From the NCBI GenBank assembly GCA_964036045.1, contig OZ038378.1, forward strand, positions 198,462,001 through 198,526,000: DNA of 64,000 bases, in the 5' to 3' direction. Below are positions 11,750 to 25,257 of this stretch, in pieces; the stretch's first letter is position 1, and each line of letters opens with the position of its first letter. The notes under the pieces are model-generated. The model was not told the origin of the DNA. It was given only the letters and a program-made list of their open reading frames with translations, and did not search any database. Source of the stretch: Eutreptiella sp. 'Long Island Sound 2002'. Taxonomy: Eukaryota; Protista; Euglenida. The translations under genes were made by a program, and so were the position numbers.

Positions 11750-14270
11750 ATGTTTGCTTAATTGTCATGGAGAACTCATGTGACAACATCTTGCAGCTCA
11801 GCCTGGCCCTCGGGAAGCCAAGTTGGGCCACCAGTTCGCAGTATACCAAGGTTGGGCCCGGGTTGGTTCTTGCCCCCTTCAAAGCCTGATGAGCCGAGGC
11901 AACGCAGGTTGCACAAAGGCCCACCATCCACACACCATGGACCTTGAGGTGGGGTCTGTGTCTTGTTGGAAGACACTGGCCGTGGGGGTTGTGTACAACT
12001 TAGGCCCACCATCTTGCCTGCCATTTTGCAGACTGCGGCCTCATTGTTCCCCTTGATTTCCATCCTCTCTGCCTTGGTCGTTGCTTTGGCTATATCCTTC
12101 TGACGGGAACTCATCTAGACGTTAGTTTGCTTCTATCTCCATACCTGTTTACCATTAGTATAACATTGTATCCCTGCTATGGCCACCGGTATGAATCTTG
12201 CGGGACCTCTCCTTCCGTGGCATCCTCCTCAGCTGTGCACGGTGTAATGTATCTTTTGGCAATCTAGGTATGCCCGCCGTCACCTTTTTCTGCTAAATCC
12301 ATTCCTTATCACCCGAGGTCTGTTCATCTATGAGGTTGGATGATATGGGTGGCCTCTTGCGCGGCCCAACGTGAGTGTGGTATTTCCCCCCAACTGTGAT
12401 AGTAGCATGTCGTTGTGGTGCAACAGTGCCATCATAAGATCTGTGGGTTGAGCCATTGTGACACAAGCCTGGACAGTCTGCCTATGGGTTTCCATAGTAA
12501 CCCTTGGACAAGGGTAACATACCATGTTCTATAAGCCCGTATATTTGGCGAAGGCCTAGTCCTCAGTACTTCACCGGTAAATTGATGTGGGTAACATTGT
12601 TGGCCTTGTAGATGTTCTCTTTGTGGTGTTCCAACCCTTTAGCTTTTGCAACAAACTCTAAGCAGGTCTTGTCTATGTGATGAAACATGCGGTCATAGGG
12701 ACAAAAAAAATTGTATCAAGCAACCATCACGGTAGAAGTACAAAATTGAGTGTGTGTCCCCTTTCAAAGATATTTAGGGGCAATGCTCTATACCATGCAA
12801 GATCTGCTTCCACCTTAGCCATCACTTCATGCCTTGCTTTTTGAGCCCCCAATGGGTGTGCAATTGTATGCCCCAAATACCAAATATGGGGGGTCGCATA
12901 AGGATGTCCTTGCCAGTCCACCAGAGTACATCATGGTGTGGTGCCTGTCTCCGCTGCCTGCTCTGGGGGCGTGTAGCCCACCTATAGACCTTTGTCCTCC
13001 TTGGGTTTGTTTGAAAGCCTAGTATGATGGACAGCTCTTGCACCCGCTTGAGGACCCGCTGTAGATCACTGGCATTCTTTGTGACTATAGCTATGTCATC
13101 AATGTACACAAAAAAATTGGCCCTAGGAAATTTTTTGGCGAGTGTGCGTGGAAAGTCTCATAAACTATCAGAAACAACGTTGGTGACAAGGGACATCCTT
13201 CTTTGATTCCCTTGGTCAACGGAAAGTGTAATTTCCTGTCTTTCGGGGGTTTTTTATGGTTGCCAATCATTCTTGGAGGCTTCTAGGTAGTTTTTGTTCC
13301 TTCTAGGAAGCCTCTTGATAGTTCTAGACGTCACCAAGAGACTCTTGGATGGTTTCAGATATCTCTTGCAGCCTTCTGGATGGTTGCTGTCATTTCTTGG
13401 AGCTGTTTGGTTGGTTGTTGTTATTTCTTTGAGACATTGAGATGGTTCTTGGCACATTCTGAATGGTTGCTCAACTGGTGAAGTGGCACACTCATGCATG
13501 ATTGTCTTGCCATTCACCTCATACTTGATGCTCAAGAGATCGCCAGCCATCTTGGAGGCGCCCACAAAATATGCAGGAACTCTCTCCAATGTACTTGAAC
13601 AATGATACATGACGTTGGTGCCGGGGGCAACCCAAGACATGTTGTTTCAGAGTTGTGAGACAACAAGAATTCCGTTCCCACACCACCTCATGCTTAGACA
13701 ACATATCTGCAGCAAATGGGCAAGCAAGGCGTGTTTGGAGGAGTGTTTGCCCTGCGCGTGCCCTGCGCGCTACTTTTGTGATGACTTTCCCAAATTGAGT
13801 CCCCGAGTTTACCATTACTGTATGAAGCCCCCGAGATGACCAACAGCTGCCCCTTGCCTACCAAATGAAGCAACAACGCGTGCACAACATCACAGACTGC
13901 TCTATCCTCTGGACAGATGGGATCGTAGTCTGGGACTGGTGTGTGGCCTTCTTGGCGAGCAAGTCCACCTCCCCATTTGCGCCGCATTTGCTCACGTTCC
14001 TGTGCATTGTGGGCCTCGGACTCTTGACGATGACTGGGGATCTACTCCATGATTACTCCATGATGACCCGCTTGTGTTGCTTGTGATCACACACCTTGTG
14101 GCGGACGTCGGAATAAGAGCACTCTCGCATGGGTTGTTTGTCAGCATATGTGGTCACGGCCATGTTGTCGATGTACCCAGGTCAGAATGCGCAGGGGTCC
14201 TTTTGTCACCGCAACTCCCGCGGCTTGGTACTCGGAGCCCGTGATTTCCACCGTTTGGAGGCTGCCGTCA
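11750..14270 (-). pseudogene. Decayed non-LTR retrotransposon (RNase H-like, RT and post-RT remnants)
   Basis: RT motifs TKGIKEGCPLSPTLFLIVYE (13211-13181) and VYIDDIAIV (13106-13095), followed by YLGHTIAHP. RNase H-like DGS...AAGVAV (~14265) and NGEVDLLAKKA (13978-13945). Many stops and frameshifts. Confidence 0.8.
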
Positions 14271-16699
14271 CGGGGGGGGGGGGGCGACTACAACCGGTCG
14301 TGGTGCGACACCCCCCCAGCTATCTGTTAAAACCTGGAAGGGGGGGTGGTGGGCAATTGGGGGGGGGGGTCGGCCGGAGGGTGTGGGGAGGGGGGTTCCC
14401 AAGTTGGGGGGGGCTACGCGCGACCCACTACTACCACATGCATACCTCCGGGGGGGATATGTGTTTGGGGCGGGTTTGGGGAAGTTGCTGGTGGTTGTTG
14501 TGAAGCAGGGGCTGCAGATGGGTAGGTGTGTCCACAGTGGTTGTGGTGATCTTTCACTTTACAACAAACGACGTTTGCATCGTCTTGCTAATTTGGCGCT
14601 CAAAACATGGATGGTTTGATGAAAGGGAAGCATGCACAAAAAAACTTCGGCGCCGTTGGCGCCATGGCCCCAACACCACTATCTCTCAAAACCCGGGGGG
14701 GGGGGGGGGGGGCTGAGGGGTGTCGCATACAAGGACCGGGCCTGGCCGCCCCCCCCGTGGCTGCCGTCGGATTACATGGACATGCCTTTAGGCTGCTTTT
14801 GATTGTACTAACCCCTTCAAAATGCACCAAAGTGTAGAGGAAGCAAACACGGTACCCACGGGCCGCCGGGTTGGCGCCCTAGGACCTGCGGGAACAAAAT
14901 CAGAGGGGTCCCACAAGGGTAGGGATTTGAAATAGCCCAAAAAGTTGCCCTGCGCGCGCCTCGCACGCACCTTGTGCGCTAACGCTCCCCCTTTAATGCC
15001 CTTTTAGTGGGTGGTACTCCATGCGCACCGTGCAAGGGTACCCTCCTTGGGGAACACAACGGACCCGTGGCACGAAGCAAGACATGCAAGCACAAGGGCA
15101 TATGATGCACAAAATGACCAGGAAACTGCCTGTTGGGATGCAGTTTCAGCTCTATTAAGAGACAGGGACTGTGTGCCACCTTTTTCTGGTGCCAGTATTT
15201 ACATTCGCTCCGACCTGTTGGCGGTTGAAGGTGCTGGGCTGTGCCATGGGGGTGTTCGCACATGGAGGACAGATAGCCGCACTATAGGGGCACAGTCATG
15301 TGTCACCACAGTACCAAAGCTCTCATATGTGATGGACCGGTGGTCAGTACCACCTTCTGAGGGGTCCAGAAACTTGGCCAGCACAACAACACCCCCTGAA
15401 TATTGAAAATTGACAACAGTATCAGCTGGGTACGTGTCAACATGATCGACAATGCGTCAAGCATACGACCTTGTCCAAACAGCAAACACACAGGAGAAGC
15501 TCAATATCCCAACCTTCTAATTAAAATTGGAAAACTCAAAGTGACGATCCCCAGCTTTTTTTTCGTGTCATTTTTGTTTGGCCATGTAGGGTGGGCAATC
15601 TCCAGGCGCAGCTCCGTTCGCTCCCTGCCCCAAGCACCACAGATTAGTCATCAATATGCACCTTTGGGGGCTCTAAACATGTGCTTCAAACAGTCATCAG
15701 TGAGTATGTACAGACTGGCGGATTGAGCTCGAATATCCACCATGCAACATGCAGGTTTTGCAGACTCTCAGTGCCTATGGCATGTAAAAAGTGGAGAGTC
15801 TTTCTTCAGTTCCTGCATGACCACAGTAGCTCGAGCCGGAGGAAAGGAAATGGCAAGATACAGAGTCAAAACGAGAAATTTGGACCCCTCTCTGGTCAGA
15901 ATGAAACATGTCGTGTTGGTCGGAATGGGAAAAGCTTTATTTGTATATTCTGCTACAATAAGTATTGAGGTGGCGTCAAATCATTCAGAGATAATGGAAT
16001 AGTCAAATGAAGGCTCGCCAACCCAGATCCAGATCCAGAGGGCCATGAATCAATTCAACCTACTCAAACGGCCAGATTCAGCTGAGCAGGGAAGGCCACT
16101 TGTGGGACACACAGCACGTACACCGGTTCAGCCGAAACGATAGATCATTGCTCCATGGAGAATTGTCCAGAGGAGACAAAAACAGCCCGGCAACACCACA
16201 TCTACCCCTGTCCTCCCTTGCGCGATCACGGCCGAAGTCAGGACAACGACCGTCCAACAAGGATCCCATGGTTCTATATCGTTGTGCTCATGTGCGACCC
16301 ATAGGCAAGCGGGTTTTGTTGGAACATCGGCTGAAAAGCACATGAAAACAAACAGAAGTGGAGTGCAGTGTCAGCGCTCAGTACAACCCTGCCCATGACA
16401 TCAGCATCAATGCCAACCCTGCATCTGATTTGAGGCACTGTGGAAGAGCAATCTACACCGAATCTGACTGGGTCATGCCAGGGAAGAATTGACTGTGCTG
16501 ACGAGAGCGATACATGTTGGCTGGACCACAGAGACAAGTGGACCACAAGGCAAAGCAGAGGAAGTGCAGTGTTGTACTGTTTACACGACTGGTTCCTTTG
16601 TTGTTTTTTCGATACTGTCCAGTACCATTGACAACTGTTCGAGATTGTTCCGGATCTTCAGACTCATTGGCGACAATACATTGTTGGCCCTACCACCTA

Positions 16700-17150
16700 C
16701 CCTAGGGGGTTTCAGGGCTAATTGAGTATGCATACGGCGCCCCTTCCTGTGGGCCACTCCTGCCTATGGGCTGGATGGGAACCGTATGTGCCGTCAGAGT
16801 TGACTTTGTGGGCTGTTCCCTACCTCTGGGTGTAACAATGCGCCACAGGCGCCTCCGCATTCTCACCTTTTTGTGCCTCATTGTCCCATCCATATTTACA
16901 TGACTGACAGGCATGCTGCATATCTTGAGCTCCTTACTTATCAAATGGCTGGCTTTCCTGCACATGCAATGCATGCACATTGCTGGGAGATTCTTCCTGA
17001 GGGTTTGGATGCAGCAAGGGAGCTGCAAGCCTGGGCCTGGGAAAGCCTTTGTAATGACATCTTCAGCCATCCATTTCCACCTTAGAACGTGCTGTGCGTG
17101 CTGGTGGCCCGCATTGTTATGTGACAGGAACAGGAAGATCTGGGGCTTGT
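16700..17150 (-). pseudogene. Possible C-terminal fragment of a non-LTR element
   Basis: Cys/His-rich reading HVLRWKW...PCCIQTLRKNLPAMCMHC resembles post-RT zinc-binding regions. Weak match. Confidence 0.3.
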
Positions 17151-17927
17151 AACATGTATGTGCTAGCAGATTGTCAGGTTTTATCCATGTGAGTGGCGCC
17201 CATGTGCACGTGTATACGAGAGCTGCAATATGGTCTAACTGGTATGAGATGTAACGGAGGCAAATGCCATTCGTGTGCAACGCACAAAACGAGACGGCAA
17301 AGTTCGGCCTTTCAACCTCGCTTCCTTCCTCGAAAGCAATCAGCAACTGCAAACGCAACAGTGCAAATTGACTTGGTGTTCAAAGGATTTGAACCGTCAT
17401 GAGCTTTTCATGTCGAATGTTTCGGCAAAGCAGGGGAGAAGGGAGGGAGCGGGGGGCGGTCGCAGGCGCTGAGCGCCCCCCTGAGCCCAGCACATGATGC
17501 TTTGTACCACCCCAGTATTCAGCGATGTAGAGGTCACGTTCCCCTGGAGGAGAAAATTCAATCAATGGCAGGAGAAAGATGGCAGATGCGGATGAACCAA
17601 TCCACGCATACAAACATGGACATGCACATACTTGTAAACAAATATTACATTTTTTTGTTGTGCGCTGACAGCACACCTTTATCGGGCAATGTTGCAGAAA
17701 TATTGCCACGAGGCACATCATGAACCTGGCTGTTCATGCAGCAGACCTGCAAAATGTTTTCAGCAGCCCGAGACGGCCACACAGGGGTACCCATGTCCGA
17801 TGGGCACAAATGCGGTGCCCGATCCCTGATCATGACTACAGTGACTCCCATTGCAGCACAAACTGCAAACTTGATGGGTTCCTTCCACTCCTCAACATGG
17901 ATGCCCACGGGGTGCCACTTGACGTGA

Positions 17928-19199
17928 CTAATCAGTGCCACTCCAAGCACTCCGCGCCCGTCCTACAGGTACGGTAGGCACAGCACTCGAGCAACGGCGG
18001 CTGGCCCTAATATGCGCCAGGCGGTCCACTAGCTGCTGCACTTCGTCTTCCCCAATCACACGTACCTTAGGCGGCACCCACGCGTGCTTGTCATGAGCCT
18101 GGTTCAGAGCTGTCTGGCGGCGTTGCACCGCTTTGTACAAGAAACGGTTGGCAAGCTCCTCCTCACGCTTCGTCAACGGCTTTTGCAGGACCCCCTGAAG
18201 GGGGGCCGGCTGAGGGGCGGTCTGCTGCGCATCAGACTCAGGTCCCGGCTCCCGTTTCGGGGGGACAAACCGATCCACATTCCGCACAAGGAATTCGTGC
18301 AGACGCTTTTTGCTGATGACCTTCGCCGGCTTTGGCGTCGGCTCCTCTGGCGGTGGCTTGCTGTCCCGCGAGGGGGTGCTGTGCAATCGGTTGACGGAGT
18401 TCTGCAGCGCAGCAGGAGACAAATACACAGGCTCGTGGGCTGCTTGGGTGCCGCCGCTAGGCTCCAGCGGCTGCGGGACCCCAGCTGGGAACCACGCAGG
18501 GGACTTCTGTGGGCTTTGGGACCTACCTCTCTTCTGTGGCGGTGCCGCGGCATCCCGTTGGCAGGTGGGGCGCGACACCGGACTGCCCGGCACCCCCAGC
18601 ATCCCAGGCAGGTCCTGCGGAGGCACGAGGCTCAGCGGAAGACAACATTGGACCTGTTGATGCTGCAGGAGGTCATTGGCTGGGAGTGGCTGCGTAGCGA
18701 GCGCCAGGCCCCGGCGCACTTGATGGCTAATGCCGTTGCCCTTGAGGGTCACGGTGGTCAGGCCGCTGTTGCGCGCGACGGCAGCCACCAGGAACTTGCC
18801 ACCCGTGTCCGTTGCTTGCGTCAGGTCGAGAAGCAGTATCTTGAGGCACGTGTTGATCAACAATGCATCAGCCAACGCTAGCACACCCTCGTCACCCAAC
18901 GGATTGTTACTCAGGTCAAGTTTGCGCAAGGGACAGCCAGGATGCTGCAATGCATCGGCCAAGGCCAAAGCCCCAATGTGGCTGATTGTGCTATGGCTCA
19001 GATTAAGGTAACGGATGCATGCTCCCGGTTGCTTTAAATAGTTCGCAACGAAGGTGGCGCCTTCATCGCCCAACTGGAAGGGCAAGTTGCGGAACTGGAG
19101 CCAATCTTGCTGTGGATTTGCACATTCCGAATCCAAAATTGATCGCAAGCACTCTTCATCAACTTGATTCTTTTTAGCACATCGTTGCTTAAAGGGCAT
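17928..19199 (-). CDS. Intronless leucine-rich-repeat protein (RI-like/NLRC3-type LRRs) with a Pro/Ser-rich C-terminal half
   Basis: Continuous ORF 19472-17928; the probable start is MPFKQRCAKK at 19199. Repeats include LGDEGATFVANYL, IRYLNLSHSTISHIGALALADAL, LRKLDLSNNPLGDEGVLALADAL and LTTVTLKGNGI. Confidence 0.85.
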   Translation of the reverse strand: MPFKQRCAKKNQVDEECLRSILDSECANPQQDWLQFRNLPFQLGDEGATFVANYLKQPGACIRYLNLSHSTISHIGALALADALQHPGCPLRKLDLSNNPLGDEGVLALADALLINTCLKILLLDLTQATDTGGKFLVAAVARNSGLTTVTLKGNGISHQVRRGLALATQPLPANDLLQHQQVQCCLPLSLVPPQDLPGMLGVPGSPVSRPTCQRDAAAPPQKRGRSQSPQKSPAWFPAGVPQPLEPSGGTQAAHEPVYLSPAALQNSVNRLHSTPSRDSKPPPEEPTPKPAKVISKKRLHEFLVRNVDRFVPPKREPGPESDAQQTAPQPAPLQGVLQKPLTKREEELANRFLYKAVQRRQTALNQAHDKHAWVPPKVRVIGEDEVQQLVDRLAHIRASRRCSSAVPTVPVGRARSAWSGTD

Positions 19200-20411
19200 C
19201 AACACTAAGGAAGACGGAGGAGCATATCCTATAGTATGACCACTGTGAGTGCTCGCTTTGTGTGTGAGCCTAGCTTTTCCTTTGTAGACCACATCCCGTG
19301 AACGCAACAAGCGATTTCGCCTGAAACCGTACCGCATGTCATTTGCCAAACCGCCACAGCAGTGGTAGAATGTCCGTGAATCACCGATCTGCAGGGGCCT
19401 AACCACTCCCCCCTCCCAATTTTGAGCCATGAAGCACGGATAACCAACCCCATACCCCCCGACCCCCGCCACTGCCTACCCCCTGATCTGTGGATCAACC
19501 ATCAATCTGAGCAACTGTGTGGGCTGTACTGGGGACGAAGACTGTGGCTGCTCCAAGGGCGTCCTCAAGGGCATGGCACAAACATTTCACACATGCACAC
19601 ACAAACATGAGCAAATGAAAGCTTATGAGGGATGCAGTTGCAGGGAGGCAAGCAGCCATTAGGTAACAAAAGCACCAGAGAGCCTGCCTTTTTTTAAGGC
19701 TGCTCATTGAACCATAGCTTCATACAACGAAGGAAAACGGAATGTGCACAGGGTCACTCCAAGCAGTCTCATTGATATCCTACTCCTTTGTGCCCTGCTG
19801 CCGACCCGATCGAAATTCCTGGGGAAAAAGATCTCCATTGTACATCCATTGCAAAGGATAGTGTGGAACATGCAACGAAAAGACAATAATATGATCCGCG
19901 AATTGATCCCAAAAAAATCTGTTCAAAGTGCACCTGGTGATGTGGTGTGACATGCAAAAAAACAAACAAATGCCCCATACCCTTCTTGCAACACAGAGCT
20001 CTCTCAGTTCAACTGTTGATGCCATGTGTGACACGCAAGCAATTATTTAGAAGTCTAAGGGCACAACAAATGCAAGAAAAGCTGGTATTAAAAAGTACAC
20101 TCATTGATGTGGTGTGACATGCGAGCGGAGGATATAAATCCAGGAAGATGTATTGCAAAAGAATATTCAGACCGCACCCAGTGATGTGGTGTGACAACCA
20201 AAGCAACAAATGGTCATCAACTTGGGGGAAAATTGATCAAAAAATTATGCGCCTAAAACTGTTCAGGGAATCCAAAGTGGTCCATGGATTGCTACCTGGG
20301 GGGACCGCCCCCCCTGCTTGATGAACAGTGCCTGAGCCATAGGAGAGCCTGCTGAATCTAGTGAACATTCGATCATTCAACCTGCTGAATCCGGTCAACC
20401 TTCAAAAGCAG

Positions 20412-20449
<38 letters not shown>

Positions 20450-20560
20450 CGCCCAATCATTCAACAAAACCAAAAGCGTTCGCTATGATACACCACGTGT
20501 AAAGCTCTGTCCGCACTGCAGCACTGTGTGTGTGTGTGTGTGTGTGCGTGTGTGAGTGTG
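20412..20560. repeat. Two (TG)n microsatellites
   Basis: (tg)n at 20412-20448 and 20524-20560. Confidence 0.9.
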
Positions 20561-21191
20561 TGGCCACGGGCCTATGCGGTTTGCCCTTCTCTTGCAGCCT
20601 TGTGCAATCCCAGGTTCCTCGTGCTCTCAATGCCCAACTGCTCGGTCGCGGTGTCACGCCATAATCCCACTTAACAGTCTTCAGGTGACCTCCGATTGCC
20701 TCCAACAACCCACAACAAACCGCTGTCTCCACCTGGGCACCCATGTTGCCCCACCTAACCACGGCACTCAAATGCCCCGAGCTGCCGCCCAACAAGCTCC
20801 AATCTACCCACCTTTGTGTGCTCGCTTCACAAGAAAAGTCCTCTACTACACTTGCATACCCGACCGAGATATCATTTTTCAGATTGAGTTCTAATGTGCT
20901 TCAGTTTTGAAGTTTTTTTGGGATAATGGTGTGGAGGCCGGTGTGCCCAATACCATAGTCAAGCAAGAGCACTGGCCAGGACTGAGGGTAAACACACCAA
21001 TGTGACAGCTACAAACACTCTAGATCCTAGAACATGACAAAGGCAGCCCACAAAGTGGGCGCCAAAGTGGTGGTCCACCCTGCTAAGTGGCCCAATTTTG
21101 GCCCAAAACAGCCTTTTTTTGCCAAAAATGGCCCCAAAAGCCTTTTCAAATGTCCTAATGAAGGGAAACAAATGGTAGATGCCATACGCAG

Positions 21192-21308
21192 CTTGCTTTG
21201 CCTGTGCCAACCACCCAAGAACCCAAGAACCACCCAACAACCGCCATTGCTACCGGAGGAGGTGAAGCAAAGAGCCCCCATGGAGAATTTGCTGTACGTC
21301 CGGCACAG
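21192..21308 (+). CDS. Candidate upstream exon of the PFR-like gene
   Basis: CAG acceptor and GTAAAG donor, phase 0-0, open frame LALPVPTTQEPKNHPTTAIATGGGEAKSPHGEFAVRPAQ. No homology support. Confidence 0.3.
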
Positions 21309-21382
21309 GTAAAGCTATGGAGCTGAGGCGTGAAGAGTGGGTTTTATACTCATCGCCTACAGATGGCAGAAAGAAAGAAATA

Positions 21383-22563
21383 AGTGTGGTAGGCGGTCCG
21401 CGGATCACTGATCCGCGGGGGTCCAAAAACCCCCCCCTCCCCCCCCACCGAATGATCCGCGGATCACGGATCACCCACCCCATAAACCCCCCCCCCCCCC
21501 ACTGCCTAGCAAAATGATCCGCAATTTTCCGGATCACTAATTCGGACACGTGGACAGTCCTAGGGGCTCAAGAACCCGTGGTCGTGATGCGTACACATAT
21601 GGAGTCATGTCAACACAAAGAAGGCGGGCACATGCAAAGCAAAGCAATGGAAATGTTGGATAACCTGGATAAAAACCCCGCCACCGGCATGGGAAAAAAG
21701 GTCTCCACTGTACATACACTGTACATTTTAGTTTTGAGTTTTTGTAGGGGAGTGGGAAGTGGGTATAGGGTTAGAGCGAGGCATTCGCCGAATCCGTTGT
21801 TCCTAAAGCGATTCCGATGACCTACTGTTAGTTTCGATTTTTTATGCTGGGGAGTAGGAAGTGGGTATAGGGTTAGAGCGAGGCATTCGCCGAATCCGTT
21901 GCTGTTCTCCTAAAGCGATTCCGATGACCTAGAGGATTAGGAAATGGGTAAAAAGGTAGTAGAAAAAGTAGAGAACACAAGGGCAAATGATCCACCAAAT
22001 CATAAGCAACAAAAATGATCCAAAGACGGAGCACGCACAAAACAAGATAGTGATTGACCAATTTGTGTTGCAAAAAATGATCCGAAAATGCAACCCCCAA
22101 TTGTAAGCATCACGTAGAGCACGCACAAAGCAACATATTGATTGACCAATTTGTGTTGCAAAAACTGATCCAAAAATGTAACTTCCAAATGTAAGTATCA
22201 CGTAGAGCACGCACAAAACAACATATTGATTGACCAATTTGTGTTGCAAAAAATGATCCAAAAATGTATCTTCCAAATGTAAGTATCACACAGCAACATA
22301 AAAAAAAAGGAACCAAAAATGGAAGTTCACTTGTTCCATCAATTTAACTTGCAAAAAATGATCCACAAGTCCACACGACCATTGACACAAAGTTCAAAGT
22401 GCAATAAGCAAAATGGTCCGGAATGGTCCAAGAATGATCCAAAGTGATCCACGGATCACCACCCCCGAAAACCCCCCCCCCCCTCCCCACTGCCTAGTGT
22501 TTGGATCAAAAATGATCCGGATCACCCACCCCGAAACCCCCCCCCCCCCCTGCCTGCCGCACT
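21383..22563. mobile_element. Composite non-autonomous element with imperfect TIRs and internal tandem repeats
   Basis: AGTGTGGTAGGC ... GCCTGCCGCACT (10 of 12 positions inverted). GATC-rich poly-C modules at both ends, a ~102-bp repeat x2 (21748, 21850) and an 88-bp repeat about x4 (21975-22310). Confidence 0.6.
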
Positions 22564-24963
22564 AATGTTGGAGCATAGCCATATGAGGTGCTCATCATGA
22601 TCGTAAAACGAAAAATGCAATTTGCCCTTCGGCCTTTGGCAAGCAATATCAAAATGACTCTTGCTAGCGGCACCACCAGTTGCGAAGCTCAAGCCAGCGA
22701 TGCCAACTGAGTCTAGTCACCTTGGGCCAACTACATTCTTCGCATGCAACCATCATGGCGTGCAGCCAACTACAAGAAGTCGGCAAACGCACACATGAAA
22801 ATCAAATTAGACTTTGTGTCTGATGACTTCGGCTTTGCACGCGGATTGTTGTTCCGTGCACAAGCGCCACGGATATCCTTCACAACGGGGGACAAAAACA
22901 GCAATGGCCCAGAATGGCTACTAACCCCTGCCGTCCCGGAGGTCCCCAACGCTTTAGAGCGGGGGACACAATCAGCGGTGGCCCACAAGTGGGCATATAG
23001 GCGAAACAACCCCTCCTGTCTAGGGTCCATCACATGTCGCTCAGACGCACAGCATAGAAGGTAAAAAATGGATGGAAAAAATGCTACTCATATTGCTTAG
23101 GATTTTTGAAAATGCCACCCATGTATGCTCACCAAATCCAACTCATGTCGCAAGGTGGATTTCGAAAATTGCAAGCAACATAGCATGGAAAATTTCTTCC
23201 AAGCGCCCCTAGGCATCTTGGCCGGAAAGTCCCTAGGATATTGCTACCGATATTGGTTGCTTTTTTGCAGCCGCTCTCACGACCAAAACTTCCGAGCGTT
23301 TTTCCGGGCGTCGAACGGTACCTATTTCAAAGACCCAGTACCAATCCCACCAGATCATATCGCACGCCCATCACTATGTATATCCAAAAATTGCCCCCGG
23401 TGAGGAGAGGAGATCGCTCTCTGTTCCTATGTTCTATGCCGTGCACATGTGCCACATGTGTAATGCTTGAGAGCAGTGGACAAAATCAGCAGTGGCCCAC
23501 AACTAGGCGGATTGGCTACGTCACCCTTGCTATCTTGGGGGTCCCTAACATTACAGAGCGGGGGACAGTTTTTTGTTTTTGGCGCAAGTCGTGCATTTTC
23601 TTTTAAAAGCACAAAAGTGTAAATCATGTTTTTTGGCGTAGGTCGTGTAGCAAAGACAACGTAAGTGGCGTAATTCTTTTTTACAAAGCATAAATTGTGT
23701 ATTTTTTTCAAAAAAAATGTCAGCTGCGTTATTTTTTGGGGGGGCTGGGGCGTAGGTCACATCACAAAAAAAGGCGTAAGTCGTGTGCCATACATTTTCA
23801 AGATTTTTTTCCCACACTGGACTTAGGCTACGCAAAAAAAAAAGCGAGTCGCGACTTTCGCAAAAAAGAGAAATCAGAGACTTCCGCCGAACACGGCACA
23901 AAACCTCGCTTCGGCACTAGCAGGCTCAGACAACAAGCAGGGCAAGTCATCCTAGAGCCTGAGGTTGACTGTGCAATGTTAGTGATGATATCCTCGCTAG
24001 GCACAAGGGACCGTGGTCCAGTTGTGGTAGAGATAAGTCATAGGATGCATGGGCTACAAGAGGTCTTCATCGAAACAAACATTGTGATCAATTGTGAAGC
24101 ACACAAAAAAAGGTCGTTATGGTCAAGCACAAAATCCCAAAATGAACACCATTTTGGGGATAGGTAAGTGTGCAGGGTTGGCGGTTGGCTGTTGCCATGT
24201 TTGCTTGCAGTTTGGTGCCTACAGACTCGACCATCACTCCATAACACATAGCGCACGATCAAGAGCGATTTGGACGAGTAGCGACTTGTAGCATGAAGGG
24301 GATGTTGGTCTTAATGATACCAATACTTTCGCGGCGGGTGCTAGCATCTGGGCACACTTTTCGCTCGGAGCTAGAACACGAGGTTCAAAACCCTTATTCC
24401 AATCATGTCCAAACTAGCGTTTCGTTTGGGTCTGCACGGGCGCAAGGGTATCGTTCGAGCGAAAACGTGGGTTCGGCTTTGAGTCAATTTGATATACATA
24501 GCACATATGTGGCCTCAATGCTCAACTATCGTCCTCCCTAGCTACAATATATAACGTTGAACCCGTGGGACTAGTGCAAACGTTCAAGTGTCACGTCGGC
24601 GTATGGCACATCGGCAAACGATGAATAACGCACTGCAGATTGCACGAGTCCGCATTCCTATCGGCCTTTGTCTTGCAGCGTTGTACATGTGTTAGGCATC
24701 AAAACCGTGCTCATTTTCCTAGTCACGGATTCTTCATGGGAGGCATGGATCCCACGCTCACGCAATCGGCGGTACACAAACGTGAGCTTCTCGGCCAAAC
24801 ACAATCGAAGGTTATTGCGTGGCAAGCCGGGGATACGCATCAAAGGGCTCGCGGGTCGGCAAACAACAATTGGATCATGCTGAGCAATAGAGTCGCGCTT
24901 GCCAAGGGACGTACACACGTTGCCTTCAAGTGTCAACATCAATAGGAGCGACATACGAGTGAA

Positions 24964-25176
24964 GGAGCTTACCCAGCCACGGAGAGGGGGGGAGGGGGGC
25001 TGTGTCGTGTCACGGGGCCGCCGCTTGGGCTATGTCGTGGCACGGTGCGCAATGGTTCGTGTACTAGGATGAGTGGCACTTGTGTCATCCGTGTCACCTG
25101 TGCCGGCTATGCCACCATGACACGGAGGGGGGGGGAGGGGTCATTGGGTGTGCCGCGGCACGTGTCGTGACATGGG
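24964..25176. mobile_element. Shorter copy of the MITE at 26901
   Basis: Shares GGAGCTTACCCAGCCACGGAG... and ...GTGTCGTGACATGGGT with 26901-27305; the right TIR is eroded. Confidence 0.7.
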
Positions 25177-25257
25177 TACCGAAGATGTGTATGCGCGTAA
25201 TCTTGGCCACCGGCTTGTGGTCGAGCATCGATCGCGGCACAATTTGTGCTTCCTTAG

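Noticed and set aside
18084-18881. 265-aa plus-strand ORF
   Set aside because: Antisense shadow of the GC-rich LRR gene; no recognisable motifs.
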